From Candidatus Caccousia avicola (lineage in GTDB: Bacteria > Bacillota > Clostridia > Oscillospirales > Acutalibacteraceae), in assembly GCA_018712435.1 (NCBI GenBank), contig DVGZ01000052.1, forward strand, positions 17,504 through 81,503: DNA of 64,000 bases. The letters are read 5' to 3'. Numbering within the stretch: position 1 is the stretch's first letter; every line of letters starts with the position of its first letter. A program made the position numbers and the translations under genes. A model generated the notes under the pieces. That model did not search any database and had not been told where the DNA came from. It saw only the letters and a program-made list of their open reading frames with translations. This document shows positions 1-7,818 of this stretch, in pieces.

Positions 1-9
1 CATTCTATG

Positions 10-540
10 TCACTCCTTTGTTGTATGATCAGAAATATTTTGTTCCTCTGAAGGAGCCTTATGGATCAACTGGGCGCCCTCGTTGCGGTTGCTGGTATAA
101 TTCAAAACAAGCTCCTGAGAAGTTTCCTCTGGGGTATAGCAGCCTGTTTCAAAGGTGGGAATTTGAAAGCGGGAAGAAATATGCGCTGCCTGAAACAGTC
201 TTGCAGCCACTTGCCCGCAAATCACATTAAAATATTCCTTCGCAAAATCCTCCAGATCCTCCGCGCTTACATTTTCCTCCTGCATGGAGGTTTGAGCCAA
301 ATGCAGTAAAAGATTGCTATCCACACAAAGCGTCAGTGTAGCGCGGTAGCCTCCTTCAAAGGTCGTATAAACTGTGCAGGAATCATTCGGACAAAGGGGC
401 GGCGTTTTATCACTGCTTTGAATCGTAACGATACGATTGGTGATATCCTTCATCACCCGATCCAAAATCTCCAAAACCTGAGATTGAGAAAGAGTATCCA
501 AGCTTTCCCCTCCCTTCCATAACACCGGAATCTCCCTCAT
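10..540 (-). CDS. CheX/CheC-like chemotaxis phosphatase family protein (176 aa)
   Basis: Complete ORF. Its ATG overlaps the stop of the upstream fapA-like gene (ATGA). The C-terminal half carries a CheX-type E-x-x-N-x-x-x-G motif (KEYFNVICGQ). Family call is from recall only. Confidence 0.5.
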   Translation of the reverse strand: MREIPVLWKGGESLDTLSQSQVLEILDRVMKDITNRIVTIQSSDKTPPLCPNDSCTVYTTFEGGYRATLTLCVDSNLLLHLAQTSMQEENVSAEDLEDFAKEYFNVICGQVAARLFQAAHISSRFQIPTFETGCYTPEETSQELVLNYTSNRNEGAQLIHKAPSEEQNISDHTTKE

Positions 541-2123
541 CAGATCCGGCGCATTCTTCCGTTAATCCATGCGATCTTGCATCCGCGTTCGAGATATAGG
601 ATTCTCTCAACGAAATCATCCATCCGCACCTCTGTTCCCGGATACACGACATCGGCATACAGCCGGCGGCGTTGCCCACTCTGGGCCTGAAAATAAGCCT
701 CATATTCCTTTTCAAAACGTTCCAGCTTCAGACGCGCCACTCGTATGGAAGTTTCAAGGAAGGCAATTTCTTTTTGTTTTTCCGGAACGTGCGCCCACAG
801 CCGCAGGCGCTCCAAATCCTTTTTCGATTCCTCCAGCTCATCCAGAATTTGTCTGCGCTCATATCTCTCGCACGGCAAACCGCCCAGAATAATGGCTGTC
901 GGGTGCTCAGCCTTGGAGCCGATGATGTCCGCCGTTACCTCCCGGGCTGCACGGATGATTCCGCCGATAATCGCACCTCGCCCGGTACGAACCCGGACAT
1001 CCCCATTGCTGCAAATCTCACAGTCAATGATGCAGTCCGCCTCCACGCTGTTGCGCGCATACACCGCGCAATGCTCCAGATACTTGGCAAACACGCTTTT
1101 ATGAGCCCGAAGTACCGTTTGATCCTGCCCCTGCACGCCGCTTGACACGATCAGGTTTTCTCCCGCTTCAATGGAACATATCTCTATAGATCCGTCGATC
1201 TGGATATTTCCCATTGCACGCACGGTACAGCCGTTGGTGACGTCGCCATGAATATGCACGTCGCCTAAAAAATTAACATCGGCGGTGGGGTTATCTACAT
1301 TACCTTGGATTTCCAACACCGGTTTCACCAGAAAATTCATCCCGGAAAATTCAACATGACCGCTGCGGACAGCAATCAGGAACCGGCCATCCTCGGAAAT
1401 CTTGGTATTTCGCCCGGAGGGAATCTCCGGCTTAACCCCAACCTTTCCGGGGATAATCTCACCGCTGACTGTCACACCATCCGTTGCTTTTGTGGCCTGG
1501 ACAATTTCGCAGATCACATCTCCCTTTTCAATCTTTCTCACAAGATGAAGCATATTGTAATCCGCTTTTGCCAGTTCTCCCAGTTTGGCTGAGGGGCGCG
1601 TTTCTCGCGGAATCCGATCGATCACATAACCGTCTTTTCCATGGACCGGCGGCGTGCCGCGTGCAATCAGGAACAGACAAAAATGTCGATCCGGTAAATC
1701 CAGCAGATGGGCAATCAGTTCTTCATCCACTCCATGGATTGCGCCCTGATCCGCTACCTGCTGCTCAAGGGTGAGCGGTGTCAGATCATGACCTTCTCCA
1801 GCTGGGGGGATCAACAGAAGCCATGCCGCCATTCGATCCTTGGACAAATAAACAATGGCCTTTTCATCCCAAGCATCCGGAAAAACTGCGTTTTTTCCAT
1901 AGCATTTTTCTACTGCTTCCGCTAAAAGCCATTCAAGCCTTTTGGCTTCCTCATGATCCAAGGGATACCGCAGCTTTCCTTCGGGACGCAGCTTCACATG
2001 CAAGGAAATCTTTTCTTCCCCGAGCCAACGCGCATAAAGCTTGGACAGAGCATGATCCGGCGAGAATACCAGCGGAGCTTCCTCTTCCATGCCCACAGCA
2101 TTTTGTGCGTCAGTCGTTTGCAT
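540..2123 (-). CDS. FapA/DUF342 family protein (flagellar-assembly-protein-A-like), 527 aa
   Basis: Beta-helix-like repeats (GDVHIHGDV, GNIQIDGSI, GENLIVSSG, GDVRVRTGRG) followed by a coiled-coil tail, typical of DUF342. AAGGAGG lies upstream of the ATG. Confidence 0.75.
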   Translation of the reverse strand: MQTTDAQNAVGMEEEAPLVFSPDHALSKLYARWLGEEKISLHVKLRPEGKLRYPLDHEEAKRLEWLLAEAVEKCYGKNAVFPDAWDEKAIVYLSKDRMAAWLLLIPPAGEGHDLTPLTLEQQVADQGAIHGVDEELIAHLLDLPDRHFCLFLIARGTPPVHGKDGYVIDRIPRETRPSAKLGELAKADYNMLHLVRKIEKGDVICEIVQATKATDGVTVSGEIIPGKVGVKPEIPSGRNTKISEDGRFLIAVRSGHVEFSGMNFLVKPVLEIQGNVDNPTADVNFLGDVHIHGDVTNGCTVRAMGNIQIDGSIEICSIEAGENLIVSSGVQGQDQTVLRAHKSVFAKYLEHCAVYARNSVEADCIIDCEICSNGDVRVRTGRGAIIGGIIRAAREVTADIIGSKAEHPTAIILGGLPCERYERRQILDELEESKKDLERLRLWAHVPEKQKEIAFLETSIRVARLKLERFEKEYEAYFQAQSGQRRRLYADVVYPGTEVRMDDFVERILYLERGCKIAWINGRMRRI

Positions 2124-2198
2124 CCTCTCGTTTCCTCCTTACTTCCTCTCTCAATGGGAACGGATCCGCAATTCCAAAATCCCATTTCCCTCTTTATA

Positions 2199-2227
2199 AT
2201 ATTATCGTCATTTTCTGGGAAAATCAA
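2199..2227 (-). promoter_or_regulatory. Candidate sigma-A promoter for the fapA-cheX operon
   Basis: Minus strand reads TTGATT, 17 nt, TAATAT, about 70 nt upstream of the fapA ATG. The region is AT-rich, so a chance match is possible. Confidence 0.35.
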
Positions 2228-2322
2228 GGGAAACCGGTGTAAATTGAAAAAAATCGGGAAAAATACTGGATTTTTTCCGTTTTAAATTGCCAACGGTTGG
2301 AAATCAAAAAAGAAAAATTTTC

Positions 2323-2353
2323 TTGACTTAGAGTGAACTCCAGGTGCTACAAT
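2323..2353 (+). promoter_or_regulatory. Candidate promoter for the aldo/keto reductase gene
   Basis: TTGACT, 19 nt, TGcTACAAT (extended -10). The spacer is longer than optimal. Confidence 0.3.
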
Positions 2354-2412
2354 GAAACCAATAAAACAGGAGCCCCGAAAGCTCCAAAGCATTTGCGAAA
2401 GGGAGTATTTCC

Positions 2413-3546
2413 ATGATTTACAGAAATTTTCAGGATTTGAAGCTTTCTGCTCTCGGTATGGGGACCATGCGCCTGCCGGTGATCGGCGGCGACGATTCCT
2501 GTGTGGATCAGGAGGCCGTAAATCAAATGACCGCCTGTGCGATACAGAGCGGAATCAATTATTTTGACACCGCCTGGGGCTATCACAGCGGACAGTCGGA
2601 ACTGGCGATCGGCCGCGCGCTCGCGTCATACCCGCGCGAAAGCTTTTATCTGGCCGACAAATTTCCCGGCTATGACCTCTCCAATATGGGAAAAGTGAAG
2701 GAGATTTTTGAGAAACAGCTCGAAAAGTGCGGGGTAGAGTATTTCGACTTCTATCTCTTCCACAATGTCTGTGAACTGAACATCAACCAATATTTAGATC
2801 GTTCCTACGGTACTTATGCCTATCTTCTGGAACAGAAGAAAAACGGCAGAATCCGCCATCTGGGCTTTTCCGCGCACGGTTCCTGTGAAGTGATTGAGCG
2901 TTTTCTGGACGCTTACGGCGAATCCATGGAATTCTGTCAGCTGCAAATCAATTACCTTGACTGGGAATTCCAGGAGGCCCGGAAGAAAGTGGAGCTTCTT
3001 CGCAAGCATAACATCCCCGTGTGGGTGATGGAGCCTTTGCGCGGCGGTTCCCTGGCCTCCCTCAAACCGGAACACGAATCGCGCCTGCGCGCGCTGCGCC
3101 CCACCGAAAGCATCCCGGCCTGGGCGTTCCGCTTCCTTCAGTCCATTCCCGACGTTACGGTAACGCTCTCGGGCATGTCCAACCTGGAGCAGCTCAAACA
3201 GAACATTGCCACCTTTGAAACCGACCAGCCGCTGAACGAAACGGAAATGAGCACCCTTCTGTCCATTGCCGAAGAAAAGGTAAAGAAGATTGCATTGCCC
3301 TGCACCGCCTGCCGTTACTGCACCAGTCACTGCCCGCAGGGGCTGGACATTCCCGCCCTGCTCGCCCTGTATAACGAGCACGCTTTCTCAAACGGCGGCT
3401 TTATCGCTCCCATGGCCGTTTCCGCCATTGACGAGGACAAGCGCCCGAACGCCTGTATTGGCTGCCGAAGCTGTGAAGCCGTCTGTCCGCAGCAGATTAA
3501 AATCTCCGAGGCAATGGCCGATTTTTCGAAAATGCTTGGCCTGTGA
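2413..3546 (+). CDS. Aldo/keto reductase with C-terminal 4Fe-4S ferredoxin-type domain (377 aa)
   Basis: AKR-type N-terminus (FDTAWGYHSGQSE) plus C-terminal Cys clusters (CTACRYCTSHCP, CIGCRSCEAVCP). GGGAG lies before the ATG. Confidence 0.85.
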   Translation: MIYRNFQDLKLSALGMGTMRLPVIGGDDSCVDQEAVNQMTACAIQSGINYFDTAWGYHSGQSELAIGRALASYPRESFYLADKFPGYDLSNMGKVKEIFEKQLEKCGVEYFDFYLFHNVCELNINQYLDRSYGTYAYLLEQKKNGRIRHLGFSAHGSCEVIERFLDAYGESMEFCQLQINYLDWEFQEARKKVELLRKHNIPVWVMEPLRGGSLASLKPEHESRLRALRPTESIPAWAFRFLQSIPDVTVTLSGMSNLEQLKQNIATFETDQPLNETEMSTLLSIAEEKVKKIALPCTACRYCTSHCPQGLDIPALLALYNEHAFSNGGFIAPMAVSAIDEDKRPNACIGCRSCEAVCPQQIKISEAMADFSKMLGL

Positions 3547-3605
3547 CCCTCTTGCCCTAACGGGTAAAACATGGTATGCTGATACGCGGGGGATCCCGCA
3601 AAGCC

Positions 3606-3638
3606 GGCGGCCTTCCGGTCAGGAAGGCCGCCTTTTTT
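3606..3638 (+). terminator. Intrinsic terminator after the AKR gene
   Basis: Perfect 11-bp stem GGCGGCCTTCC/GGAAGGCCGCC, 5-nt loop, then TTTTTT. Confidence 0.8.
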
Positions 3639-3828
3639 ATCCTGTTTTGACGTACCTGCTTTGCGTCGGAAACGCAGCGAAAAAGCGTGATCTTCCTCCA
3701 CTTTCATTCCAATTTGCTGTTTTTTGATAGGATATTACAAATCGTATTGTATTGTAAAAAAGGAAAACGGTGTATTTTGTAATTTTCAATATAAAATATA
3801 CAAATCGTATCGAACGAGGAGGGTTTTC

Positions 3829-4554
3829 ATGCCCAGGTTTTTTCTTGAAGAAGCGCCGGGAGAGCTTGCTGTGCTTGATGGCGAAGACGGACGCCACATC
3901 GCCCGATCGCTGCGGATGCGTATCGGTGAGTCGTTGACTCTGTGCGACTGCCGCGGAACAGACTACGACGGTGTGATTGAGACGATCGAAGGAGAGCGCG
4001 TGTCGGTGCGAATCGTTTCAAGCTGCCCGTGCGCGGCGGAACCGACCTTGCAGGCAGTACTCTATCAAGCGCTGCCGAAGCTTGACAAATTTGATATGGT
4101 GGTTCAAAAATCCGTGGAACTGGGTGTGGCGCGGATTGTACCGGTACTGTCCATGCGGTGCGTTTCCAGGCCGGACGCAAAATCCCTCGCCAAAAAGCTG
4201 GAACGGTGGAACCGGATTGCCGCCGAAGCGGCGAAACAAAGCGGACGCGGCATTCTGCCTGAGGTTTCTCCCGCGCTTTCCTTTGAGCAGGCCGTGCGCG
4301 AAGCGGAAGCCACAGGCGGAGTCAGTCTGATGTTTTATGAAGGCGGCGGCGCTCCGATTCGCACGCGAATTGGACAGGAAACCCTCTCCGCCAGTCTCTT
4401 TATCGGACCGGAAGGCGGCTTCGACAAAAGCGAGGTGGCGCTGGCCCGCGCACACGGTGTGACTCCGGCAACGCTGGGGCCGCGCATTCTGCGCACGGAA
4501 ACGGCCCCCATCGCCGCTCTGGCCGCGATTATGATGGCAAGCGGAAATCTGTAA
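3829..4554 (+). CDS. rsmE: 16S rRNA (uracil1498-N3)-methyltransferase RsmE
   Basis: Starts MPRFFLE after the RBS GAGGAGGG. C-terminal GPRILRTETA motif. The longer tracked ORF (from 3724) has an AT-rich, low-complexity N-terminal extension that I reject. Confidence 0.85.
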   Translation: MPRFFLEEAPGELAVLDGEDGRHIARSLRMRIGESLTLCDCRGTDYDGVIETIEGERVSVRIVSSCPCAAEPTLQAVLYQALPKLDKFDMVVQKSVELGVARIVPVLSMRCVSRPDAKSLAKKLERWNRIAAEAAKQSGRGILPEVSPALSFEQAVREAEATGGVSLMFYEGGGAPIRTRIGQETLSASLFIGPEGGFDKSEVALARAHGVTPATLGPRILRTETAPIAALAAIMMASGNL

Positions 4555-4570
4555 AGGGAGGAACCTTTTC

Positions 4571-5293
4571 ATGAAAACAGCACTGGTCACCGGCGGTTCC
4601 CGTGGAATCGGCGCGGCTGTCTGCCGCCGTCTGGCGGAGGACGGATTCCGCGTGGTGGTTCATTTCAATCGGAGCAGGGAGAAAGCGGAAGCCCTTGCCA
4701 GGGAACTGACGGAAAAAACAGGACTCCCCCACCTTGCCCTCCCGGCGGAGCTGGCGGAGCGGGCACAGGTGGAGGAGCTGTTCCGGCTGGCCGGGCCGGT
4801 CGATGTGCTGGTGAACAACGCGGGGATCGCTCAGCAAAAATTGTTCACGGACATCACGGAGGACGATTGGCGCCGGATGTTCGCCGTCGATGTGGACGGT
4901 GTTTTCCGCTGCTGTCAGTGTGCGCTTCCTCATATGATTCACGAAAAATCCGGCTGTATCATCAATATCGCTTCGATCTGGGGGGAGATTGGCGCTTCCT
5001 GTGAAGTGCATTACTCCGCCGCGAAGGCTGCCGTCATCGGGCTGACAAAGGCGCTTGCCAAGGAGCTGGGGCCGTCTCACATCCGTGTGAACTGCGTTTC
5101 GCCCGGCGTGATTGACACAGAGATGAACGCCATGTTCGACAAGGAGACCATGCGCGATCTCTGTGAATCCACTCCCCTTGGCCGTATCGGCTCTCCCGAG
5201 GACATTGCCGCCGCCGTTTCCTTCCTCGCCAGCGACGCGGCTTCCTTTATCACCGGTCAAACCCTTTCCGTAAACGGTCTTTTCCCAGGCTAA
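4571..5293 (+). CDS. SDR-family oxidoreductase (3-oxoacyl-ACP reductase-like), 240 aa
   Basis: TGGSRGIG cofactor motif and catalytic Y-x-x-x-K (YSAAK). RBS AGGGAGGA. Confidence 0.8.
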   Translation: MKTALVTGGSRGIGAAVCRRLAEDGFRVVVHFNRSREKAEALARELTEKTGLPHLALPAELAERAQVEELFRLAGPVDVLVNNAGIAQQKLFTDITEDDWRRMFAVDVDGVFRCCQCALPHMIHEKSGCIINIASIWGEIGASCEVHYSAAKAAVIGLTKALAKELGPSHIRVNCVSPGVIDTEMNAMFDKETMRDLCESTPLGRIGSPEDIAAAVSFLASDAASFITGQTLSVNGLFPG

Positions 5294-5326
5294 CCAGGCT
5301 AACCAGGCTGACCAGGCTGAGCCTGG
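5283..5326. repeat. 9-bp tandem repeat (TCCCAGGCT, AACCAGGCT, AACCAGGCT, GACCAGGCT) ending in a small palindrome CCAGGC-tga-GCCTGG
   Basis: Read directly. The repeat spans the TAA stop (5291-5293) of the SDR gene. Confidence 0.8.
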
Positions 5327-5420
5327 ACGCAACGGCCCGCGCGTCAGCTGTGAGCAAACAATGAATCGGTGCGGCGCGGGTGCGGCGGCGCGGGTGCCGC
5401 AGCGCGGGCATAGACAGCAA

Positions 5421-5467
5421 GACCCCTTTGCGACGTAAGATGATCGCAAAGGGGTCGATTTCTTTTG
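5421..5467. terminator. Intrinsic terminator between the convergent SDR gene and glyQS
   Basis: 13-bp stem GACCCCTTTGCGA/TCGCAAAGGGGTC, 10-nt loop, followed on the + strand by GATTTCTTTT. Confidence 0.7.
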
Positions 5468-5522
5468 CTATGGTTTGCCGCCGGAGGCGGCGTGCGTGGC
5501 TTGCGTGCAGACTCAGTCTGCT

Positions 5523-6905
5523 TTAGAATTTTACGCGGGCGGCAAGCCAGGCGGAGAGATCCGAGATCTTGACGCGCTCCTGATCCATCGTATCGCGGTC
5601 ACGGACCGTTACACAGCCATCCTCACGGCTGTCAAAGTCGTAGGTGATGCAGAAGGGCGTGCCGATCTCATCCTGGCGGCGGTAACGCTTGCCGATGGAA
5701 CCGGCGTCGTCAAAGTCCACCATGAAGTCGGACGCAAGATTGGAGAAAATCTCACGGGCTTCGTCGGAAAGCTTCTTGGAAAGCGGCAGAACAGCAGCCT
5801 TGAACGGAGCCAGAGCCGGATGCAGATGCATAACCACACGCACGTCGTTCTTCTCCGCGTCAACCACTTCCTCGTCGTACGCGTCGCAGAGGAAAGCCAG
5901 CGCCACACGGTCCGCGCCGAGGGACGGCTCAATGACATACGGAATGTAGTGCTCATTGGTCTCCTGATCAAAATAGGTCATATCCTTGCCGGAATGATCC
6001 TGATGCTGCTTGAGATCGTAATCCGTGCGGTCGGCAATGCCCCACAGCTCGCCCCAGCCGAACGGGAACAGGAACTCAATGTCCGTCGTGGCCTTGGAGT
6101 AGAAGGAAAGCTCCTCCTGCTCATGGTCGCGCAGGCGCAGGTTCTCCTCCGTCATGCCGAGAGAAAGCAACCAGTTCTTGCAGAAATCCTTCCAGTAATA
6201 GAACCAGTCGAGGTCTGTGCCGGGCTTGCAGAAGAATTCACACTCCATCTGCTCAAACTCACGGGTACGGAACGTGAAGTTGCCGGGCGTAATCTCGTTG
6301 CGGAAGCTCTTGCCCACCTGGCACACACCGAAGGGCAGCTTTTTGCGCGCGGTGCGCTGCACGTTCTGGAAGTTGACAAAAATACCCTGAGCCGTCTCGG
6401 GACGCAGATAAATCTCGTTCTTCGCGTCCTCCGTCACGCCCTGGAAGGTCTTGAACATCAGGTTGAACTTGCGGATATCGGTGAAATTCGAGGAACCGCA
6501 GTCCGGGCACTTGATGTTGTTCTCGCGGATATACTCGCTCATCTGCTCAAAGGTCATGCCGTTCGGATCCCCGCCGGCATCCTCAATGAGCTTGTCGGCA
6601 CGGTGACGCGTTTTGCAGTCCTTGCAGTCCATCAGCGGATCGGAGAAGCCGCCCACATGGCCGGACGCCACCCACACCTGCGGATTCATCAGAATCGCGG
6701 AATCCAAACCGACATTGTACGGGCTTTCCTGCACAAACTTCTTCATCCACGCCTTCTTGACGTTGTTCTTAAACTCCACGCCCAGCGGTCCATAGTCCCA
6801 GGTATTGGAAAGGCCGCCGTAAATCTCGGAGCCGGAATACACGAAGCCGCGGTTTTTGCAGAGCGCGACAATTTTTTCCATTGTCTTGTCCGTTGCTTTC
6901 ATCAC
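5523..6905 (-). CDS. glyQS: Glycine--tRNA ligase (homodimeric GlyQS type), 460 aa
   Basis: N-terminus [34 protein letters not shown] is characteristic of GlyQS. GGAGG RBS. The start is a GTG/ATG pair at 6905/6902. Confidence 0.95.
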   Translation of the reverse strand: MMKATDKTMEKIVALCKNRGFVYSGSEIYGGLSNTWDYGPLGVEFKNNVKKAWMKKFVQESPYNVGLDSAILMNPQVWVASGHVGGFSDPLMDCKDCKTRHRADKLIEDAGGDPNGMTFEQMSEYIRENNIKCPDCGSSNFTDIRKFNLMFKTFQGVTEDAKNEIYLRPETAQGIFVNFQNVQRTARKKLPFGVCQVGKSFRNEITPGNFTFRTREFEQMECEFFCKPGTDLDWFYYWKDFCKNWLLSLGMTEENLRLRDHEQEELSFYSKATTDIEFLFPFGWGELWGIADRTDYDLKQHQDHSGKDMTYFDQETNEHYIPYVIEPSLGADRVALAFLCDAYDEEVVDAEKNDVRVVMHLHPALAPFKAAVLPLSKKLSDEAREIFSNLASDFMVDFDDAGSIGKRYRRQDEIGTPFCITYDFDSREDGCVTVRDRDTMDQERVKISDLSAWLAARVKF

Positions 6906-6908
6906 TGT

Positions 6909-7352
6909 TCAACCTCCACGATTTGGCTCATGCTTTTTGGAAAAGATAATGAGCTTGCTCAGAATATAATTGATAAGGATGACAAAGAAATTGACGATAA
7001 TCTTTGCCAGCAGGGAATGCATCTGTATGACGTCCAGACACAGCCACATGCCCACCATGTCGACGCCGAGCGACAGCAGCCTTGCTCCGAAAAAGGAGAC
7101 CAGCTCAAACAGGAACAGCTTCAGCGCAAAGCTTTTGCTGCGGAACACAAAAAGCTTATTCGTAAAAAACGCGAAAATCACGGCCAGCAGCCAGGCCAGC
7201 AGATTGGAAACCTCCCAACCCCATTGCAGAGAATCGTGACAAACGGAAAACACCGCGATATTGACCACCGTGGTCAGCACGCCGAACACCAGATAGGAGA
7301 TCATCTCCGGCGTCGTACAGAATCGCCACAGTTTTTGGATCGTTTCTTTCAA
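6909..7352 (-). CDS. GtrA-family membrane protein (147 aa)
   Basis: Four predicted TM helices and GtrA-like N-terminus (ISYLVFGVLTTVVNIAVF). TTG start preceded by GGGGAGG. Its stop lies 3 nt from the glyQS start. Confidence 0.8.
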   Translation of the reverse strand: MKETIQKLWRFCTTPEMISYLVFGVLTTVVNIAVFSVCHDSLQWGWEVSNLLAWLLAVIFAFFTNKLFVFRSKSFALKLFLFELVSFFGARLLSLGVDMVGMWLCLDVIQMHSLLAKIIVNFFVILINYILSKLIIFSKKHEPNRGG

Positions 7353-7378
7353 AAAAACCTCCCCGGGATTTTCCCGCA

Positions 7379-7422
7379 GACGAAAAGCAAACGCCCGGCA
7401 AAGCGCGGGAGCTGCCGGGCGT
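7379..7422 (-). terminator. Terminator-like hairpin downstream of tRNA-Pro
   Basis: 10-bp stem ACGCCCGGCA/TGCCGGGCGT, followed on the minus strand by TTGCTTTTCG. Confidence 0.6.
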
Positions 7423-7477
7423 CATGCCTTGCCTGTAAAAACAAAGCCCGGAGCGCGAAACGCGTCCAGGCTCAGCC

Positions 7478-7553
7478 TGGTCGAGGTGAAGAGACTCGAA
7501 CTCCCGACATCCTGCTCCCAAAGCAGGCGCGCTACCAACTGCGCTACACCTCG
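7478..7553 (-). tRNA. tRNA-Pro (anticodon TGG), 76 nt with encoded CCA
   Basis: Hand-folded cloverleaf: acceptor CGAGGTG/CACCTCG, D arm GCGC-AGTTGGTA-GCGC, anticodon stem CCTGC/GCAGG with loop TTTGGGA, T loop TTCGAGT, discriminator A plus CCA. Confidence 0.9.
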
Positions 7554-7582
7554 AAAAATAAAATGGAATCAGACTGCTCTAT

Positions 7583-7611
7583 ATTGTACCGTTTTTCCGG
7601 GAAGAAGTCAA
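7583..7611 (-). promoter_or_regulatory. Sigma-A-type promoter for tRNA-Pro
   Basis: Minus strand TTGACT, 17 nt, TACAAT, ending about 29 nt upstream of the mature tRNA 5' end. Confidence 0.55.
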
Positions 7612-7713
7612 GAAAATCCCGCGAAATCCCGCAGAATTCTTCCTTCCGGCCTGCAAAATGGAAAAGAAGGCCTCCTGGTTCCTTTTTGCCATACCAAATC
7701 TCCCTTTTTCCAT

Positions 7714-7741
7714 TTGCCGGATCCGCCCGGAATGTTATAAT
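7714..7741 (+). promoter_or_regulatory. Candidate promoter for the alpha-galactosidase gene
   Basis: TTGCCG, 16 nt, TATAAT, about 78 nt upstream of the ATG. Confidence 0.5.
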
Positions 7742-7818
7742 AGAAAAGAAAAAGGCCCGGCGCGGCCAAAACTGTGCCGGAGCCCGGGATTCCAAAAGGA
7801 TACTGGGAGGTTATCAAC

